Source: a virus
Reading direction: 5' to 3' (one strand)
Virus record (IMG/VR): IMGVR_UViG_3300027850_000003
Location: 1-64,000 of that record
DNA length: 64,000 bases
This document shows, piece after piece, positions 60,645-64,000 of this stretch (position 1 is the first letter of the stretch; every line of letters begins with the position of its first letter). The translations under genes and the position numbers were made by a program. The notes beneath the pieces were generated by a model. That model worked only from the letters and a program-made list of their open reading frames with translations, made no database searches and had not been told where the DNA came from.

Positions 60645-62477
60645 GTGTCTGATATAATTAAAATCCAAGCTCCTGAGTCTGCTCTTTATATGAGTAACTT
60701 TATGACTGAGCTTCCTCACGGCATTATAAATAAAAAAGCTTGCGGAGTAGGAGGTAGTTTCATTGCTATTACTAATCCAGAGAATTATATTATTGCTGTA
60801 CCTACTACAGAATTAATAAAGAATAAATGTTTTCAACACTCTGATTTACTAGGTATTTACTCAATTAAAGATAGTGGAGTTACCTTCAAAATGTTTAAAG
60901 AGTATATTGAGACTCATAAAGTCTTTAAGATAATGACAACCTATGATTCTTTACCTAGAGTAGTCAAATGGTTAAAAGCTTTAAAATTAAATGTCTATGA
61001 AGACTTTAAACTTTTAATAGATGAGTACCATAAAATTCTTAGTGATTATAGTTATAGAGATAAAGCAATACAAGGGCTATTAGAAGAGTCATTAAAATTT
61101 AACTACTATACTTTCCTTTCTGCTACTCCGATTAACCCTAAGTTTATTCCTAAAGAATTAGTCGAATTACCTTACTATGAAATTGAATGGCATAGTACCA
61201 AAAGTATTAAACCTTATAGGAAAAAGACTGCTAAACCTTTACTTCATGCAGCTCATATCATTAGCAATTATAAAGCTAATAACTATTCCGCTGAACTTAA
61301 AGTAGACGGACAAATCTGTATTAGTAATGAAGCGTATTTCTTTGTAAACTCAGTTCATTCTATAGCAGATATCTTACACGCAACTAACTTAGTTCCAAGT
61401 GAAGTAAAAATTATCTGTGCTAATAATTCCACTAATAGAGATGTGTTAGACCCTTTTCCTATTTCATCAGTAACAGATACAAATAAACCTTTTACATTTG
61501 TTACTTCTAAATCTTTTTTAGGATGCGACTTCTACTCAGAAAGTGGGATAGTTTATATGATTAGTAATGTAAATAAGAAACATACTCTACTAGATATTTC
61601 AACTGATATTTTTCAGATTAGTGGGAGAATCAGAAATACTAATAATCCTTTTAGAAATATTCTTTTCCACATTTATAATACTGGAACTTCTGATTTAACT
61701 AAAGAAGAGTTTGAAACTATTTTAGAAGAGAAAGTAGCTAATACTAATGTTCAAATAGAAACTTTTAATGGACTAAGTGAACTAGCAAAGAAAGCTAATC
61801 TTAAAAGATACTCAATGGATTTAGAAGATGATTATAGTTATTACAATCCAGATACTAATCTCTTACAATTTAATGAACTAAAGAAACTAAATGAAGAGTT
61901 TCAGTTTAGTATTATCAATGATATTTATACTAATGGTTTCTCAGTTAGAAGTGCTTATGAAAATGCAGGATTTGATGTAAGTGAAGATCAAGAATATATT
62001 TCCTATGAAGAAGATTTCATTGAAAATATGACAAAGATTAGCTTCAAAGGTATCATGCTAGAGTATTGTAAGCTAGCAGATAATATTGAGAATTTAGATT
62101 TAGAATTTGTAAACAGTAGAAGATTTACTTTAGAAAAACTAGCTCAAGAAAATTTATCATTAGATATAAAAGAGATAGTAAAAAAAGTAGGAACTAAAAG
62201 AATCCGAACACTAAATTATGCTAAAGTAGCTATCAACAAAGAATTATATAGCAAGTGTGATGAGGTGAAAGATGCTATTAGTGAAGCGATCTACAACAAA
62301 CTAGAGAAGAATACTTTTTATTCTACAGCTCAAATTAAACAAGTTTTAGGAAAAATTTATAAAGATTTTAAGATTGAAAAAACACCTAAAGCAGTAGAAC
62401 TTGATAAATATTGTAGTATTCGCAAGGTAAGTAGAACTGTAGAAAATAAATTAGTTAAAGGAGTCTTTATAGTGTAA
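60645..62477 (+). CDS. SF2-like helicase/origin-binding-like protein (paralog of 12475..14154)
   Basis: CGVGGS, AVPT, TYDS, IDEYH, SATP, FLGCDFY and QISGRIR motifs. Confidence 0.75.
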   Translation: MSDIIKIQAPESALYMSNFMTELPHGIINKKACGVGGSFIAITNPENYIIAVPTTELIKNKCFQHSDLLGIYSIKDSGVTFKMFKEYIETHKVFKIMTTYDSLPRVVKWLKALKLNVYEDFKLLIDEYHKILSDYSYRDKAIQGLLEESLKFNYYTFLSATPINPKFIPKELVELPYYEIEWHSTKSIKPYRKKTAKPLLHAAHIISNYKANNYSAELKVDGQICISNEAYFFVNSVHSIADILHATNLVPSEVKIICANNSTNRDVLDPFPISSVTDTNKPFTFVTSKSFLGCDFYSESGIVYMISNVNKKHTLLDISTDIFQISGRIRNTNNPFRNILFHIYNTGTSDLTKEEFETILEEKVANTNVQIETFNGLSELAKKANLKRYSMDLEDDYSYYNPDTNLLQFNELKKLNEEFQFSIINDIYTNGFSVRSAYENAGFDVSEDQEYISYEEDFIENMTKISFKGIMLEYCKLADNIENLDLEFVNSRRFTLEKLAQENLSLDIKEIVKKVGTKRIRTLNYAKVAINKELYSKCDEVKDAISEAIYNKLEKNTFYSTAQIKQVLGKIYKDFKIEKTPKAVELDKYCSIRKVSRTVENKLVKGVFIV

Positions 62478-62506
62478 TTACCTTTTCTCTAAGTATTTTT
62501 ATCCTA

Positions 62507-62537
62507 TATACTGAATAATTACTGTAAAAAATGGAAT
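62507..62537. repeat. Right copy of 31-bp perfect inverted repeat
   Basis: Reverse complement of 60580..60610 (31/31). Confidence 0.95.
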
Positions 62538-62562
62538 ACTAAGTTATAATAGAGGTAGTTAA

Positions 62563-62895
62563 GTGAGAACTCTCAGCATTAAATTACCTCTTTCTTTTAT
62601 GACCTATTTCAATTTAAAACCAGTCCAAGACCAGAAAGGAATCTATCTTCTATACGTTAAAGATGAGCTTGCTTATGTAGGTAAAAGCAATAATATTTTA
62701 ATAAGACCACAACAGCGTTTTTATATTACAGATAAAGAATCATCTACTAAAGATATAGATAGAATTGAATATTATGTTTGTAACTCCTTAACAGACTGTG
62801 AACGACTAGAGACTTATCTTATTAATACTTTTGCTCCTAAATATAATTTAGATGAAGTTTCTCCTGATAAATTAACTTTAGTAATTGGTAATTAG
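62563..62895 (+). CDS. Stand-alone GIY-YIG domain (paralog of the N-terminus of 45064..45879)
   Basis: GIYLLY...YVGKSNNI.IR...LETYLI...PKYN; lacks the C-terminal domain. Confidence 0.75.
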   Translation: MRTLSIKLPLSFMTYFNLKPVQDQKGIYLLYVKDELAYVGKSNNILIRPQQRFYITDKESSTKDIDRIEYYVCNSLTDCERLETYLINTFAPKYNLDEVSPDKLTLVIGN

Positions 62896-63047
62896 TAATA
62901 GTCTATTTTGTTTTTTTTTATCCATAAATATCTCATAGTAGAGGTAATAAGTTAATATACTTAATTGAGAGATAGAAAGAATAAACTAACTCATTTATCT
63001 TTCTTCTCTTCAATAAAGTACACTAAATATAGTACATAAAAAATAAG

Positions 63048-63419
63048 ATGCAGTTACTAATTCCAAGACTTAAGTTAATAAAATTCGGTAGAAAACTAGG
63101 TAGTAAAGATAAAAAGAAGAGAAACTTAAAAGCTAAAAATGTTACTTATCAAGGAGTCAAATACAAGTTAGGAGCTAGTAAAATCAGTACCAATAAGAAT
63201 AAGAAAAGGGTTAGAGAAATTACTAACTTATCTACTGGAGCAACTAAGAAAGTACATTATGGTTATAAACCTATGGATAACTACGGTAATGGTCATAGAA
63301 GTGAGAAGAGAAGAAATAATTATTTATCGAGAAGTGCTGGTATAAGAGATGGACAAGGGAACCTAACTAAAGGTAATCCCATGTCTCCTAATTTTCTAAG
63401 TAGAGAAGATTTATGGTAG
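63048..63419 (+). CDS. Highly basic hypothetical protein
   Basis: GRKLGSKDKKKR motif; C-terminal VHYG...RRNNYLSRS...SPNFLSREDLW. Confidence 0.55.
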   Translation: MQLLIPRLKLIKFGRKLGSKDKKKRNLKAKNVTYQGVKYKLGASKISTNKNKKRVREITNLSTGATKKVHYGYKPMDNYGNGHRSEKRRNNYLSRSAGIRDGQGNLTKGNPMSPNFLSREDLW

Positions 63420-64000
63420 TGTAAATATTTTACTCATCTTCAAATAAAAGTTTAATTAGCCCATTATGTTCTTTTAGTAACTTACTATTATAGATAGTAA
63501 TCTTTGCATATATCTTTCCATTATCAGAAGGGGATATCATAGCTGTTCCTACTTGTTCTCCAGTGGAAACAATTACTACTGGAACTTTTTTCTCGTCTAC
63601 ACTTTTATTCATTATTTTCTTTTCTAGTTATTTGATTAGTAAAATACTCGTACACTTTATCTTTGTCTAAGAAGGAACAACTAGATATCCTAGTAGCATG
63701 AGTACATCCATTAGCGTATAAAGAATATTTGTTTTTCTCTTTAATTGCGTAGTAACCGAATTTTCCAAGATCCCATTCCCAAATGATACTAGATTTTTTT
63801 ATTTTTGACATATAGCTCTTTATATTTCTTAGTTACAAGCTTAGTAGCATCAATAAAATGATGACCACCAAATACAGCAAAGTTCAATTGAGTGAGCCTA
63901 GTATAACAATCTAAAGTGTTCCAGTTGAATCCTACTACACATTTATGATTAGGACTTTTAACTACCATGCTTCCATTATCATTCTCTACTAAATGACCTC

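Noticed and set aside
1-64000. Alternative genetic code
   Set aside because: Conserved genes (PolA, NrdJ, ThyX, portal) translate full length with the standard code, and TAA, TAG and TGA all serve as stops.

Overview
AT-rich segment of a large tailed dsDNA phage, most likely infecting a cyanobacterium (cyanobacterial-type HicB, XRE-HTH, DUF6464-like and LRR genes; class II RNR). Most genes lie on the minus strand: nucleotide and tRNA metabolism (thyX, dUTPase, HD hydrolase, Dam-type MTase, PduO-like adenosyltransferase, Thg1-like protein, intein-containing B12-dependent RNR, dNMP kinase), a replication/recombination block (PolA, Sak3-like annealase, helicase, primase, exonuclease, SSB, RuvC), putative counter-defence genes (macrodomain, RNA ligase, solo HicB, Csx15-like protein), and an early-type region (about 44-58 kb) downstream of consensus sigma70 promoters next to a 1.1 kb non-coding gap and a likely terS. 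Highlights: (1) about 12 anticodon-less mini-tRNA-like RNA elements punctuating the early genes, with compensatory stem changes; (2) two paralogous SF2-helicase-like genes, each bracketed by its own near-perfect inverted repeat (47 bp and 31 bp) and sharing a C-terminal domain with a GIY-YIG nuclease; (3) a phage-borne Csx15-like candidate anti-type III CRISPR protein; (4) two further dispersed structured RNA motifs; (5) a PolA with altered steric-gate residues. All calls come from reading motifs by eye; no searches or folding programs were run.
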